Source: Pseudochrobactrum asaccharolyticum (GTDB taxonomy: Bacteria; Pseudomonadota; Alphaproteobacteria; Rhizobiales; Rhizobiaceae). Taken from it: a stretch of 64,000 bases of DNA. The notes beneath the pieces were generated by a model. The model had not been told where the DNA came from and searched no databases. It worked only from the letters and a program-made list of their open reading frames with translations. The translations under genes and the position numbers were made by a program. Below, piece after piece: positions 1 to 9,767 of this stretch (position 1 is the stretch's first letter; every line of letters starts with the position of its first letter). The stretch is from assembly GCA_040392545.1 (NCBI GenBank), contig JBEBVV010000008.1:19306-83305 (forward strand), given 5' to 3'.

Positions 1-590
1 GTGTAACGCGCTTTGTAGCACTGCGCGGTGATCCTGCCGGTGGTATTGGCGAGGCTTACAAGCCGACACCAGGCGGTTATCAGAATGGTGCCGATCTGGT
101 GGCAGGTCTGAAGTCGATCGCCGATTTTGACATCAGCGTTTCAGCCTATCCGGAAAAACATCCGGAAAGCCCGGATTTCGCAACCGATATTGAGATGCTC
201 AAGCGCAAGGTCGATAATGGTGCGACACGTGCGATTACGCAGTTCTTTTTTGATAATGATCTTTATGAACGTTATGTGGAGCGGGTGCGCCGTGCAGGGA
301 TTTATATCCCGATTATTCCGGGCGTGTTGCCGATCCATAATTTCACGCAAGTGGCCAATTTCTCGAAACGGGCAGGCACCCGTATTCCGGCATGGCTGGC
401 AGATCGTTTCGAGGGGCTGGATAAGGACCCGCAGACCCATATGCTGGTATCAGCAGCGCTTGCTGCCGAGCAGGTCAATGATCTGATTGAGCGCGGCATT
501 AATGATTTCCATTTCTATACGATGAACCGCTCGGATCTGGCTTTTGCTATCTGCCATTTGCTGGGTGTGCGTGCGCCGGTCGCCGCATAA
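1..590 (+). CDS. metF: 5,10-methylenetetrahydrofolate reductase (5' truncated by the window edge)
   Basis: The frame is open from nt 3 (VTRFVALRGDP) and carries SAYPEKHPES, RAITQFFFD and FHFYTMNR, typical of MetF. Confidence 0.96.
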   Translation, partial: VTRFVALRGDPAGGIGEAYKPTPGGYQNGADLVAGLKSIADFDISVSAYPEKHPESPDFATDIEMLKRKVDNGATRAITQFFFDNDLYERYVERVRRAGIYIPIIPGVLPIHNFTQVANFSKRAGTRIPAWLADRFEGLDKDPQTHMLVSAALAAEQVNDLIERGINDFHFYTMNRSDLAFAICHLLGVRAPVAA

Positions 591-613
591 ACGCAACCGG
601 ATTTTGACTATAT

Positions 614-652
614 AAAAAGCCCTGCGGAAACAGATGTTCCGCAGGGCTTTTT
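614..652. terminator. Bidirectional intrinsic terminator
   Basis: AAAAAGCCCTGCGGAA...TTCCGCAGGGCTTTTT perfect inverted repeat with A/T tracts on both sides. Confidence 0.85.
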
Positions 653-931
653 ATTGGTTTTTGCAAATTGTCTGGCTGGTTTTGCGCTTTACAGGGCGGC
701 TGTGGAAAGCCTTGCACCTGTATATCATATGGCAGTCACGGAAAATACGCGACTGTGCCTGCCTGTTTTTAAAACCGGTTGCCACTTTTGAGCGCATTTT
801 AAAATGTGTGGGCTTGCCGATTTTTCAGAAAAACTGTTTCACGCAACGCAAAGTCTGAAGCGGACTGATGGGAACAATCTTACAAAAATAATCAGATAAT
901 CAACTGATCCTCAGATCAGATCATGCTGGGG

Positions 932-1018
932 TCAGGGAAATACACCGACAATCATTGCTGCGACAAACATAAAAGCTGCGCAAAACACCAGAGCATTGAT
1001 TGAACGCGTTAAACCCAT
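932..1018 (-). CDS. Small hydrophobic protein, 28 aa (MGLTRSINALVFCAAFMFVAAMIVGVFP)
   Basis: Read manually; it is below the ORF-track cutoff. Strong SD CAGGAGG 7 nt before ATG and one TM-like helix. Confidence 0.7.
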   Translation of the reverse strand: MGLTRSINALVFCAAFMFVAAMIVGVFP

Positions 1019-1455
1019 ATGGATACCTCCTGAGCAGGTTGTAAGTTCAGTTTTATATGCCGCTGTTGCGACAGATAAAGTCCGGAAACACACACCTGAT
1101 ACGGAGCCTGAAAGAAAGACTGCTGATCATTTTACGGTGCGTCATTTCACTTAACGCCAACTGGAAATATACGCAGCAACCCCATTTTGCATCCATGCTT
1201 TAAGGCATGATCTGCGGGGTAAATTGACAGTTTTTTAACGCTGTCTGTACATTTCCCGTTTGTGTCATTTTATCGACATAAACGGTCAAAGAAAAGTCCA
1301 AATTCGTGGGAGTGCCTGTTGCAGCCTTTGGAAAATGCGCAGTGCTGCGCGGCTGTGAATTTAAAATTATAATAAATACAATATCTTGAATGTGGTCTGG
1401 AAAGAATGATGCCGCCCGAAATTTTTTTACGGGCAGCATCAAAATCCTACTAATT

Positions 1456-2718
1456 TTATAGCTTTTCGAGCAATTCGCGGGTTGGCCATGAATCCGCAGG
1501 CAGGCCCAGGCGCTGCTGTTCCGTGCGCACGGCATCTCTGGTCATGGTGCCGAAAACACCGTCGATTCGACCCATTTCATAACCGCGGGCAGCAAGTTTG
1601 TTTTGCAACTCTTTCAACTCGTCCGTCGACAGACCCGGTTCCGGATTGCCGAGGAGGAAAGGTTCACCACCGGCAAGCAGGCTGGCAAAATAAGCCGCTG
1701 TGGTGGCATAGACGATGGACTTGTTCCATTCGACGAAAATATCGAAATTGCGATAGGACAGGAAGGCAGGGCCTTTTCGTCCCATCGGGATGAGCAGGGA
1801 GGCATCACCGTCATCTGCGCCGAGCGCTTTGCCGTCAGCGGTATTCACGCCCCAGCCACTCCATTTGGAATGCGGCAGGCGATAGGTGCGGATGGAGTTT
1901 TCCCATGGCAGATCCTGTGTCAACTGCACGGTTTCCAGCCATGGCTCACCACGCTGCCAGCCAAGCTCGGAGAGCATGCGGGCGGCGGTCATCACCGCAT
2001 CGGCCACGCTGTTTTTCAGATCAACCTTGCCGTCACCGTCGCCGTCAATACCGCGTTCCAGATAATCTTTCGGCAAAAGCTGCATCTGGCCGATTTCACC
2101 GGCCCATGCGCCGGTGGTACCGGCATCAATCACGCCTTGATCCATCAATTTAAGCAAGGCCATCAACTGCGGGCGGAACAATTCCGGGCGGCGGCAGTCA
2201 TGCGACAGGGTAACCAGAGAGTTCAGCGTGTCAAAATCACCCTGAATGGCACCGAAATCGGTTTCCAGTCCCCAGAAGGCAGCAATCACCGGCCCCGGAA
2301 CACCATAGGTCTCCTCGGCCTTTTTGAAGATATCGGCATATTTGACAAGATTTTCACGGCCTTTTTTCAGGCGCTGTTCGGAGATCAGGCGCTTGGAAAA
2401 CTCTGCGAAAGTCAGGTTGAAGACGGTCTGGGTACGATCGCGCTTTAAGGTGCGCTCATCAATCTGCGCTTTTTTCAGTTCGGTAATGGCCTTGTCGGAG
2501 ACACCGGCCGCTTTTGCTTCCGCGATAACGCCTTCAAGCCAGAAAGCCAGATCACCGCCGCAGGCCGGCTTTTCAGCAACAGCTGTTGTTTCCTGAAGGG
2601 AAGCCTGCGTTTGTGTTTGCGGCTGTTCCTGTGCGGCGAGGGGGAAGCTGGCGGTGGAAAGCAAGGCAGCCAGTCCGAAAGCTGGCATTCGTCTGCGAAA
2701 AGGCACGGGGCGTGGCAT
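1456..2718 (-). CDS. Lytic murein transglycosylase (MltB/SLT_2 family) with C-terminal PG-binding domain
   Basis: Signal peptide; WGLETDFG, GEIGQMQ, EF-hand-like DGDGDGKVD, C-terminal LQNKLAARGY...IDGVFG. Confidence 0.92.
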   Translation of the reverse strand: MPRPVPFRRRMPAFGLAALLSTASFPLAAQEQPQTQTQASLQETTAVAEKPACGGDLAFWLEGVIAEAKAAGVSDKAITELKKAQIDERTLKRDRTQTVFNLTFAEFSKRLISEQRLKKGRENLVKYADIFKKAEETYGVPGPVIAAFWGLETDFGAIQGDFDTLNSLVTLSHDCRRPELFRPQLMALLKLMDQGVIDAGTTGAWAGEIGQMQLLPKDYLERGIDGDGDGKVDLKNSVADAVMTAARMLSELGWQRGEPWLETVQLTQDLPWENSIRTYRLPHSKWSGWGVNTADGKALGADDGDASLLIPMGRKGPAFLSYRNFDIFVEWNKSIVYATTAAYFASLLAGGEPFLLGNPEPGLSTDELKELQNKLAARGYEMGRIDGVFGTMTRDAVRTEQQRLGLPADSWPTRELLEKL

Positions 2719-2969
2719 AACTCAGTTCTTTCTAAAACAGGCTTATCACCTGATTGAAGCTGATTGGTCGAAAATGATCAGGTGCGCTCAGTTTCATAAA
2801 AACCGCACCGGTCATAACAGGCATGCATAGGGATAAAGCACAGTACCGGCGCTGTTGCCGCTGCTGTGCCAAATCAACGTGCCGCAAGCGCAAGCACGCA
2901 ACATGTTCCTGCAGAAACATTTTGTGAAAAAGAAGACAGAAAAACCGGAATCCGGTTGGCTATGTGCTT

Positions 2970-3809
2970 TTATTTGACCTTGTTGCTTTCCAGCCACTTT
3001 CTCCACTGGGCATGATTGCCCGCAAAGACATTGATGTCGGCATCGCCCTTGATGCCCGGAATTGTGCCGGTGCCGGTATATTGCCAGAAGACCCAAGGAT
3101 GCGGGCCGTATTTTTCGTCCGGATGACCCGCGGTCGAGCGTAGCCAGAACGGATAATCGCTGAAACTGCGCAAATCATTATCGTCAAAGAAATCGACCGT
3201 TGTATAGATGATCGGTTTCTTGCCGTAATGACGCTCAATCATGGTCAGGAAGGTGCGCATTTCCTTGCGCACTACAGCCGGATCAGGCCGTAATTTGCAG
3301 GTCGGGGAAAGCGGGTTCCATTCCATATCCAGAACCGGCGGCAGCGCGCCCGGATCTTTCGGCACATTGCGGATATACCAGCGCGCCTGATCGGCCGCCG
3401 TGCGACAGAAATAATAAAAATGATAGGCGCTGCGCGGAATACCGGCCGCGCGGGAATTTGCCCAATGCTCGGCAAAGCGGTCATCCACGCGGTCGCCGCC
3501 CTCTGTTGCCTTGATAAAGACAAAGGAAACACCGCTGCCGCGTACTTGCTGCCAGTCAACTTTTTCCTGATATTTGGAGACATCCGTACCGTGAACAGGA
3601 TAATGCCACGGTGTTTTGCCGGTATAATCGTGAGGCTTGCGATCAAAGAAGCGTGGTGCCTTGGCGCTGGTTGACGGCAATGCAATGCCGGTGCCGCCCG
3701 ATGCTTTCACATCTGAAAAATCATAATCCACAGATGTGCAGGCGCTCAGCAAAAGGCCGAGAACAGCAAGTGCTACTGGCTTCATCAATTGTCGTCTCAC
3801 AAAACTCAA
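2970..3809 (-). CDS. GH25 family lysozyme (lipoprotein)
   Basis: Lipobox LSAC; GTDVSKYQ, IKATEG, VLDMEWN, FWQYT. Alternative ATG start at 3785. Confidence 0.92.
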   Translation of the reverse strand: MSFVRRQLMKPVALAVLGLLLSACTSVDYDFSDVKASGGTGIALPSTSAKAPRFFDRKPHDYTGKTPWHYPVHGTDVSKYQEKVDWQQVRGSGVSFVFIKATEGGDRVDDRFAEHWANSRAAGIPRSAYHFYYFCRTAADQARWYIRNVPKDPGALPPVLDMEWNPLSPTCKLRPDPAVVRKEMRTFLTMIERHYGKKPIIYTTVDFFDDNDLRSFSDYPFWLRSTAGHPDEKYGPHPWVFWQYTGTGTIPGIKGDADINVFAGNHAQWRKWLESNKVK

Positions 3810-4122
3810 CGGGAAATCATGAATCTTTTATTACCGTAAAAGGTTAAAAAATTAGTTCAGGCGCTTTGCTATATGTGCGGAGAGTGACATCTTTGCGCAG
3901 GCACTACGCGGATCAAGAACAGTCTTTAATATCCCAAGAAATTACCCGGTTTTAAAATGACTGGCTTAATAACATGATGAAATGTTTTTTGATCTGACAT
4001 GTCATAACTTGTGCGGTTTTGTAATGGATACTGACATTTATTGCGGATGATAACGCAGAGGCAAAAAAGCTAAGAAGCGCGTGATGTGTTTTTTATGTTT
4101 GTGTCTGTGAGGGGAGGTTCTC

Positions 4123-4548
4123 ATGTATCGCCTGTCAGCATTTTTTATTGCCGTTGCCGTCTTGGTCGGTTTGGTTTTGTCCGGCGGATTCCAGAGTTTC
4201 AACAATAGCAATCACCGCGCAACCGATAATGTGGCGGCGCTGATCGCACAATCTGAACGGGCCGAGCAGGAATTGCAATCCAAGGCCGATCAGGAACTGG
4301 CAGAAATTGATGCCCGTGCCGGACAGAGCGGTGAGGCATCCGTGGCACTGGGTTTGCCGGAACTGAACAAGCCGCTGACGCAGGCTGATATTGATGCAGC
4401 GGTTCAGCTTGCCGGAGAGGATGCGAAAAAGACCGCCTTGCGTGTCGGGCAAAATGAGGCGCAGGCTTTGCAGGCACAAAAAGCCGCCGAAACGATTGTG
4501 CGTCTGCGCATGGAACAGCAGATGAGCCGCGAGCAGCAGGGCACGTAA
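4123..4548 (+). CDS. Hypothetical membrane-anchored or exported helical protein
   Basis: Strong SD GGAGG; N-terminal hydrophobic helix; Ala/Gln/Glu-rich helical remainder. Confidence 0.75.
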   Translation: MYRLSAFFIAVAVLVGLVLSGGFQSFNNSNHRATDNVAALIAQSERAEQELQSKADQELAEIDARAGQSGEASVALGLPELNKPLTQADIDAAVQLAGEDAKKTALRVGQNEAQALQAQKAAETIVRLRMEQQMSREQQGT

Positions 4549-4711
4549 AACCGAATATAGAAAACAATCTGACACAGCTTTGAGGTGCTTTGTCTGATGG
4601 CCGGTTCGTTTCACCGGCAGTCAGGCAGGGCGCTTTTAATATTCTATGGATTTTCCGCTTCGCCTGACGCTTGGTGGTTTCCATCAGAGTTGTTTTGAAT
4701 TACAAAAGCTT

Positions 4712-5446
4712 ATGTCGATTTGGTCCAGTATCGCCGATTTCGTTACGCAGACTGCCTATAGCGCATTTTCCGCTGTGATTGAGGCCGTCCGTACATATTT
4801 TGAAGGCGATGCCGAGACGCGGCGGCGGGTGGCATTTTCTATCGCTATGATTGCGCTTTCCGCCAAGATGGCCAAGGCTGATGGTATTGTCTCCGAGCAG
4901 GAAGTGCGTGCCTTTCAGGACATTTTTGAAGTGCCTGAAAAAGAAGCGCAGCATGTGGCCCGCCTTTATAATCTCGCCAAGCAGGATGTGGCCGGTTATG
5001 AAAGCTATGCACGCCAGATTGCCAATCTGTGCCGGATGGCGCAGCAGGAAGATGGCGAGCAGCCTTGCAGTGCACTGGCCGATGTGCTGGACGGACTGTT
5101 TTATATCGCCAAAGCCGATGGCTATGTGCATGATAAGGAAATGCAGTTTTTGCGCCGTGTTGCGGAAATCTTCAATATTGAGGAAGATGAGTTTCTGCTG
5201 ATTGCCGGACGCCATGTTAATCTGGGGCCAGCCGACCCCTATGCTGTGCTGGGCTTAACGCGCGGTGTGGATTATAAACAGGCAAAGCAGCATTACCGCA
5301 ATCTCGTGCGCCAGAACCATCCGGATCTGGTTATTGCGCGGGGTATGCCGCATGAGTTTCAGAAAATAGCCAATCACCGCCTTGCCGCGATTAATGCAGC
5401 ATGGGCGACACTTGAAAAACAATTGGGTCAGCATGAGCACGCATAA
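4712..5446 (+). CDS. DjlA-like co-chaperone (TerB-like domain plus C-terminal J domain)
   Basis: IALSAKMAKADG, FYIAKADG, DPYAVLG and NHPD J-domain motif. Confidence 0.9.
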   Translation: MSIWSSIADFVTQTAYSAFSAVIEAVRTYFEGDAETRRRVAFSIAMIALSAKMAKADGIVSEQEVRAFQDIFEVPEKEAQHVARLYNLAKQDVAGYESYARQIANLCRMAQQEDGEQPCSALADVLDGLFYIAKADGYVHDKEMQFLRRVAEIFNIEEDEFLLIAGRHVNLGPADPYAVLGLTRGVDYKQAKQHYRNLVRQNHPDLVIARGMPHEFQKIANHRLAAINAAWATLEKQLGQHEHA

Positions 5447-6269
5447 TCATCATTCACAGCAAGGCAATGCAGGACAGGGCGCACAGCCTGCCGCCCGTCC
5501 GTTGCTGAGTACACCGGATTACCGTCCGGCCACGGTTGATGCTTCACCGAATTTTGGCCCGCGTCAGGATGGCAAAAAGCCGGAATATCTGATCCTGCAT
5601 TATACAGGGCTGCACACTGCCGAAGAGGCGCTGGATATTCTCAAATGTCCTGAGCGTGAGGTTTCTGCCCATTATCTGGTGCATGAAGACGGGCGCGTGG
5701 TGCAGATGGTTGCGGAGAGTGAACGCGCCTGGCATGCAGGTAAAAGCTTCTGGAAGGGTGAGCGCGATCTTAATTCTGCTTCCATCGGCATTGAAATTGT
5801 GAATGCCGGCGTGCTGGAAGATTTTCCGGCCTATCCGGATGTGCAGATTGCAGCTGTGATTGAGCTTTGCCGCTCTATCTGTGAGCGGCATCACATTGTA
5901 CCTGCCCATGTGCTTGCCCATTCGGATATTGCACCGGAGCGCAAGATTGATCCGGGCGAAAATTTCCCGTGGCGGGCTTTGTTCGAGGCGGGTATCGGCC
6001 ATTGGGTTGAACCGGCTCCGATCCGTGGCGGGCGCTTCTTTGCCATGGGGGACCGCGGGCAGCCGGTTGAGGCGCTGCAATCCATGCTGGCAATGTATGG
6101 CTATGATATTCTCATCAATGGTGAGTTCAACGAGCAGACAAAAGTGGTGCTCAGCGCATTTCAGCGCCATTTTCGTCCAAATCAGATTGATGGTGTGGCT
6201 GATATTTCCACAATCGAGACTTTGCACAGGCTGATTTCAGCGAATTTGCGTGAAGATGTAACCTCCTGA
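5433..6269 (+). CDS. N-acetylmuramoyl-L-alanine amidase (AmiD/AmpD type) with PG-binding domain
   Basis: LILHYTG, VSAHYLV, RAWHAG, SIGIEI, HSDIAPERKIDPG, AFQRHFRP. Overlaps the djlA-like stop. Confidence 0.93.
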   Translation: MSTHNHHSQQGNAGQGAQPAARPLLSTPDYRPATVDASPNFGPRQDGKKPEYLILHYTGLHTAEEALDILKCPEREVSAHYLVHEDGRVVQMVAESERAWHAGKSFWKGERDLNSASIGIEIVNAGVLEDFPAYPDVQIAAVIELCRSICERHHIVPAHVLAHSDIAPERKIDPGENFPWRALFEAGIGHWVEPAPIRGGRFFAMGDRGQPVEALQSMLAMYGYDILINGEFNEQTKVVLSAFQRHFRPNQIDGVADISTIETLHRLISANLREDVTS

Positions 6270-6512
6270 TTTTTATAAAATCCTTATCGCCGTTTTGGAA
6301 GATTATTCCCTTATTGTTACGGTTTTTTGCAAACTGTGATTTGTTTGGACAATCTTCGGCTGCAATCAGACGTCAGATACAACCTCAATTTCCTTGAGCA
6401 GATCTGGTGACGGGGGCGGACTGTTACCCAGAAGGAAAAGCGCTGCAGGCGGGTTTCGCGTTTTGTGAAACGGCTTCAGCGCGTGAATGCAACAGTTCCA
6501 ACGGTTAGGTTT

Positions 6513-7199
6513 ATGATTAAAAAATTTGGATTTTTATGCGCTCTCAGCGGGGCGATGGTCTCGTTCGGTCTTACTTCAGCAATGAGTGCGCCAGTTGTTG
6601 AAAAAACAAATCTTATGGCTCTTTTGAAAGCCGGAAAACAAAACGATAAAGCAGAAAAAGAACAAGGCGGCAGTAACCGTACAGCCTATAAAAAACAGGC
6701 AAAAACGGATAAGATTCCGGTGATTGAACGCCGTTCTGCCCGCAGCTATATTGATCTGAAAAGCCAGTATAGCGGCAAAGGCACTGCCAAATCCGATGTG
6801 AAGCAGACCAGTGCAGGCACATCCGGCAAGCCTTATTCTTCAATCATTGCGCGTTATGCATCAAGCTATGGTGTGCCATTGTCACTTGCCCATGCGGTTG
6901 TGCGCCATGAGAGCAATTATCAGCCGAATGTGCGCGGTCGCGCCGGTGAAATCGGCCTGATGCAGATCAAGCTCGGTACGGCACGCGGTCTTGGTTATAC
7001 CGGTTCTGCCAAGGGTCTTTATGATCCGGCCACCAATCTGCAATATGGTATGAAATATCTGGCCTTGGCGCAGAAACTTGGCGGCGGTTCTACCTGCGGT
7101 ACTATTCTCAAATATAATGCGGGACATGGTGCCAAACGGATGAACCCGACATCGGCTAAATATTGCAGCAATGTCAAAGATTTTATGCGTTCATTCTAA
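6513..7199 (+). CDS. Soluble lytic transglycosylase (SLT domain), exported
   Basis: Signal peptide; RHESNY catalytic Glu, GLMQI, KYNAG. Confidence 0.9.
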   Translation: MIKKFGFLCALSGAMVSFGLTSAMSAPVVEKTNLMALLKAGKQNDKAEKEQGGSNRTAYKKQAKTDKIPVIERRSARSYIDLKSQYSGKGTAKSDVKQTSAGTSGKPYSSIIARYASSYGVPLSLAHAVVRHESNYQPNVRGRAGEIGLMQIKLGTARGLGYTGSAKGLYDPATNLQYGMKYLALAQKLGGGSTCGTILKYNAGHGAKRMNPTSAKYCSNVKDFMRSF

Positions 7200-7344
7200 G
7201 GTTTTCGTTTGATATTTCCGCTTTGTCAAACCGGAAACATTTCCCTGTTTTAGGTTTAAGGCAGTTTATATTCAGGCTCTGGCGGCATCCGTGATACGCC
7301 ATAACCTAAATCTAAATGGCTCTGCTGAGCTGTGATTTTTGAAC

Positions 7345-7381
7345 AAAAGCTGGCTTTCAGATTTTGAAGGCCAGCTTTTTT
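7345..7381 (+). terminator. Intrinsic terminator
   Basis: AAAAGCTGGCTTTCA...TGAAGGCCAGCTTTTTT hairpin with U tract. Confidence 0.75.
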
Positions 7382-7382
7382 A

Positions 7383-7411
7383 TTGCGTTTTGTGACAGAT
7401 ACAGCCTATAG
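7383..7411 (+). promoter_or_regulatory. Putative RpoD promoter of rnpB
   Basis: TTGCGT-N17-CTATAG about 7 nt upstream of the rnpB 5' end. Confidence 0.65.
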
Positions 7412-7417
7412 ACGCGG

Positions 7418-7825
7418 TGTCAGCCGGTCGGGCAGCCGCGCTTGTTAAGGCCGAAAGGTGACAAGTGAGGAAAGTCCGGGCTCCATGGAAACACGATGCC
7501 GGGTAACGCCCGGCGAGGGTGACCTCAGGGAAAGTGCAACAGAGAGCAGACCGCCTGCATCGTCCTCACGGACTGGCAGGTAAGGGTGAAAGGGTGGGGT
7601 AAGAGCCCACCGCGCTGCCGGTAACGGTGGTGGCATGGTAAACCCCATCGGGAGCAAGACCGAATAGGGACGGCGCATCAGACTTTGTCTGGTAATCAGT
7701 TTCCGGATCAGCCGTCCGGGTGGGTTGCAAGAGGCGGGTGGCAACATCCGTCCCAGATGAATGGCTGCCACGTCGGGCTGGTAACAGTCCGGCCATACAG
7801 AACCCGGCTTACAGACCGGCTGACA
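7418..7825 (+). ncRNA. rnpB: RNase P RNA (class A)
   Basis: Universal motifs GAGGAAAGTCCGGGCTCC and ACAGAACCCGGCTTAC; P1 pairing TGTCAGCCGGTC/GACCGGCTGACA. Confidence 0.97.
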
Positions 7826-7962
7826 AATCTGTTTCATGAACAAAACCGGTCAGGCTATGCGCCTGATGGTGCGGCGTATATTTATGGCTTTGCATGGTAA
7901 TGCAAAATTGTGCAGCTTTTGGCAGCGCAGCGGCGGGAATTAATCATCACCGCAGCCATATA

Positions 7963-7977
7963 ATAACCCTTCCTTAA
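7963..7977. promoter_or_regulatory. Putative CtrA box (1 mismatch) upstream of the dcw cluster
   Basis: ATAA-CCCTTCC-TTAA versus the TTAA-N7-TTAA consensus, in an AT-rich patch upstream of rsmH. Confidence 0.4.
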
Positions 7978-8274
7978 TATTAATATTGGATAAATTATTC
8001 ACGGCGTTCTGTATTCCGAAGCAGGGATGCAGAACCAAAAAAGCTCAATGCTGTAAGAGTAGGTGGTAATGGCGGATGGTCGTGCTGATGCGGTTTTTGA
8101 GCCTCCGTTGACGCCTGTCTTACGCCAATGGTATTTCTTAATGCAGTTTGTTGCGTCCAGACGTTGTTCATTTTTCAGGCATAATTTGCTGCATACAGGT
8201 GTTACCCGTAGCAGTTTTGCCGGCGCGCAAGGACCAGCAGCTTTCATGCAGGGTCCGGAGAAGAAAGCACAACA

Positions 8275-9327
8275 ATGACAGGGCCTCATGATATGACCGC
8301 GCCGACAGCTCAGGCTGATAATGATATTTCCGGAGCAGAAGATTATTCCCGTCATATTCCGGTGATGCTGGAAGAGGTTGTCAGTGCCCTTCAGCCACAG
8401 GCAGGCAAACTCTATGTCGACGGTACTTTCGGTGCGGGCGGTTATACGCGCCGTATCCTCCAGAGCGGTGCGGATGTGCTGGCGATCGACCGTGATCCGA
8501 ATGCAATTGCCGCCGGACAGGCGATGGTTGAGGCTTCTCAGGGACGGTTGCGACTGGTTCATGCACGGTTTTCGCAGATGGAAGATGTGCTGAGCGATGT
8601 GCGCCCTGACGGTGTTGTACTGGATATCGGCGTGTCCTCAATGCAGATTGATGAGGCGGAACGCGGCTTTTCTTTCCAGAAAGACGGCCCTTTGGATATG
8701 CGCATGTCCAGTCAGGGCCTGAGCGCCGCCGATGTGGTCAATCAGTATAAGACCGGTGATCTGGCACGGATTTTCAACTTTTTAGGTGAAGAGCGCCATG
8801 CAGGACGCATTGCCCGCATGATTGTGAAGCGGCGTGAAACCGAGCTTTTCACCCGCACCCGCGATCTTGCCAATGCCATTGAAATGCTGGTCGGTCGCCA
8901 TCCGAAAGACCGGATTCATCCGGCGACACGGGTGTTTCAGGCACTGCGTATCTATGTGAATGACGAATTGGGTGAGCTGGCGCGTGCTTTGATCGCTGCC
9001 GAGCGGGCACTGGTGCCGGGCGGACGGCTGGTCATTGTGACCTTCCATTCGCTGGAAGACCGCATTGTGAAGCGCTTTTTTGCTGATCGTGCCGGTGGTG
9101 CGGGCGGTTCGCGTCATTTGCCGGAAGCGCATATGCGCCATGGCAGTTTTACCCCTGCGGTTAAAGGTGCGGTCAGCGCCGGTGAGGAAGAAGCCACGCG
9201 CAATCCGCGTGCGCGTTCGGCTAAATTGCGCGCCGGTATCCGCACGGAACACCCGCCGTTAAAGGCCGATTACAGTATTTTCGGATTGCCCGCCCTGCCT
9301 GAATTTGACGATGTGAAGTGGAAATAA
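8275..9327 (+). CDS. rsmH: 16S rRNA m4C1402 methyltransferase
   Basis: [40 protein letters not shown]. Confidence 0.97.
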   Translation: MTGPHDMTAPTAQADNDISGAEDYSRHIPVMLEEVVSALQPQAGKLYVDGTFGAGGYTRRILQSGADVLAIDRDPNAIAAGQAMVEASQGRLRLVHARFSQMEDVLSDVRPDGVVLDIGVSSMQIDEAERGFSFQKDGPLDMRMSSQGLSAADVVNQYKTGDLARIFNFLGEERHAGRIARMIVKRRETELFTRTRDLANAIEMLVGRHPKDRIHPATRVFQALRIYVNDELGELARALIAAERALVPGGRLVIVTFHSLEDRIVKRFFADRAGGAGGSRHLPEAHMRHGSFTPAVKGAVSAGEEEATRNPRARSAKLRAGIRTEHPPLKADYSIFGLPALPEFDDVKWK

Positions 9328-9329
9328 TC

Positions 9330-9767
9330 ATGCTGCGAACCATTGATATTATTCTGATCGCGGCGATGCTGGTAGCGGCAACCGTGACTTACAAAATCAA
9401 GCATGATGCGGAAAAGCAGGTCGTTGAAATTAAGAAGATTCAGCGCCAGATCGCTTTTGAGAAAGATACGATCAATCTTTTGAAAGCGGATTGGAGTCTG
9501 ATGACCCAGCCGAACCGCTTGCAAAGGCTTGCAGATATTTATCAGGCACAGCTGAAACTGGCTCCGGTTGATGTAACCCAGATTGGTCTGTTTGACGATT
9601 TGCCGATGAAACAGGCCGACGATATTGAGAAACTGATCGGTGGCAGCGCTGATCTGGTGGCATCGGTTGATAATTTGAGCACCGGCAGCATTGCTGCCAG
9701 CGCATCGCGCAGTGCTGGTCATCAGGCAATGCCTGCGAAAATTGTTATTCCGGGAGTGCGGCCATGA
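9330..9767 (+). CDS. ftsL: Cell division protein FtsL
   Basis: TM helix plus coiled coil, LKADWSLMTQPNRLQ, located between rsmH and ftsI. Confidence 0.88.
   Translation: MLRTIDIILIAAMLVAATVTYKIKHDAEKQVVEIKKIQRQIAFEKDTINLLKADWSLMTQPNRLQRLADIYQAQLKLAPVDVTQIGLFDDLPMKQADDIEKLIGGSADLVASVDNLSTGSIAASASRSAGHQAMPAKIVIPGVRP

Noticed and set aside
634-858. 74-aa ORF downstream of metF
   Set aside because: It starts inside the terminator hairpin, has no SD, and its composition is not protein-like.
2970-3809. Prophage endolysin
   Set aside because: It has a lipoprotein signal and no holin or phage genes nearby; it is a host GH25.
7445-7843. 132-aa ORF on the minus strand
   Set aside because: It is antisense to the RNase P RNA gene and is a typical annotation artefact.
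8063-8278. 71-aa ORF as a possible mraZ remnant
   Set aside because: No DxKGR MraZ motif or other convincing similarity.
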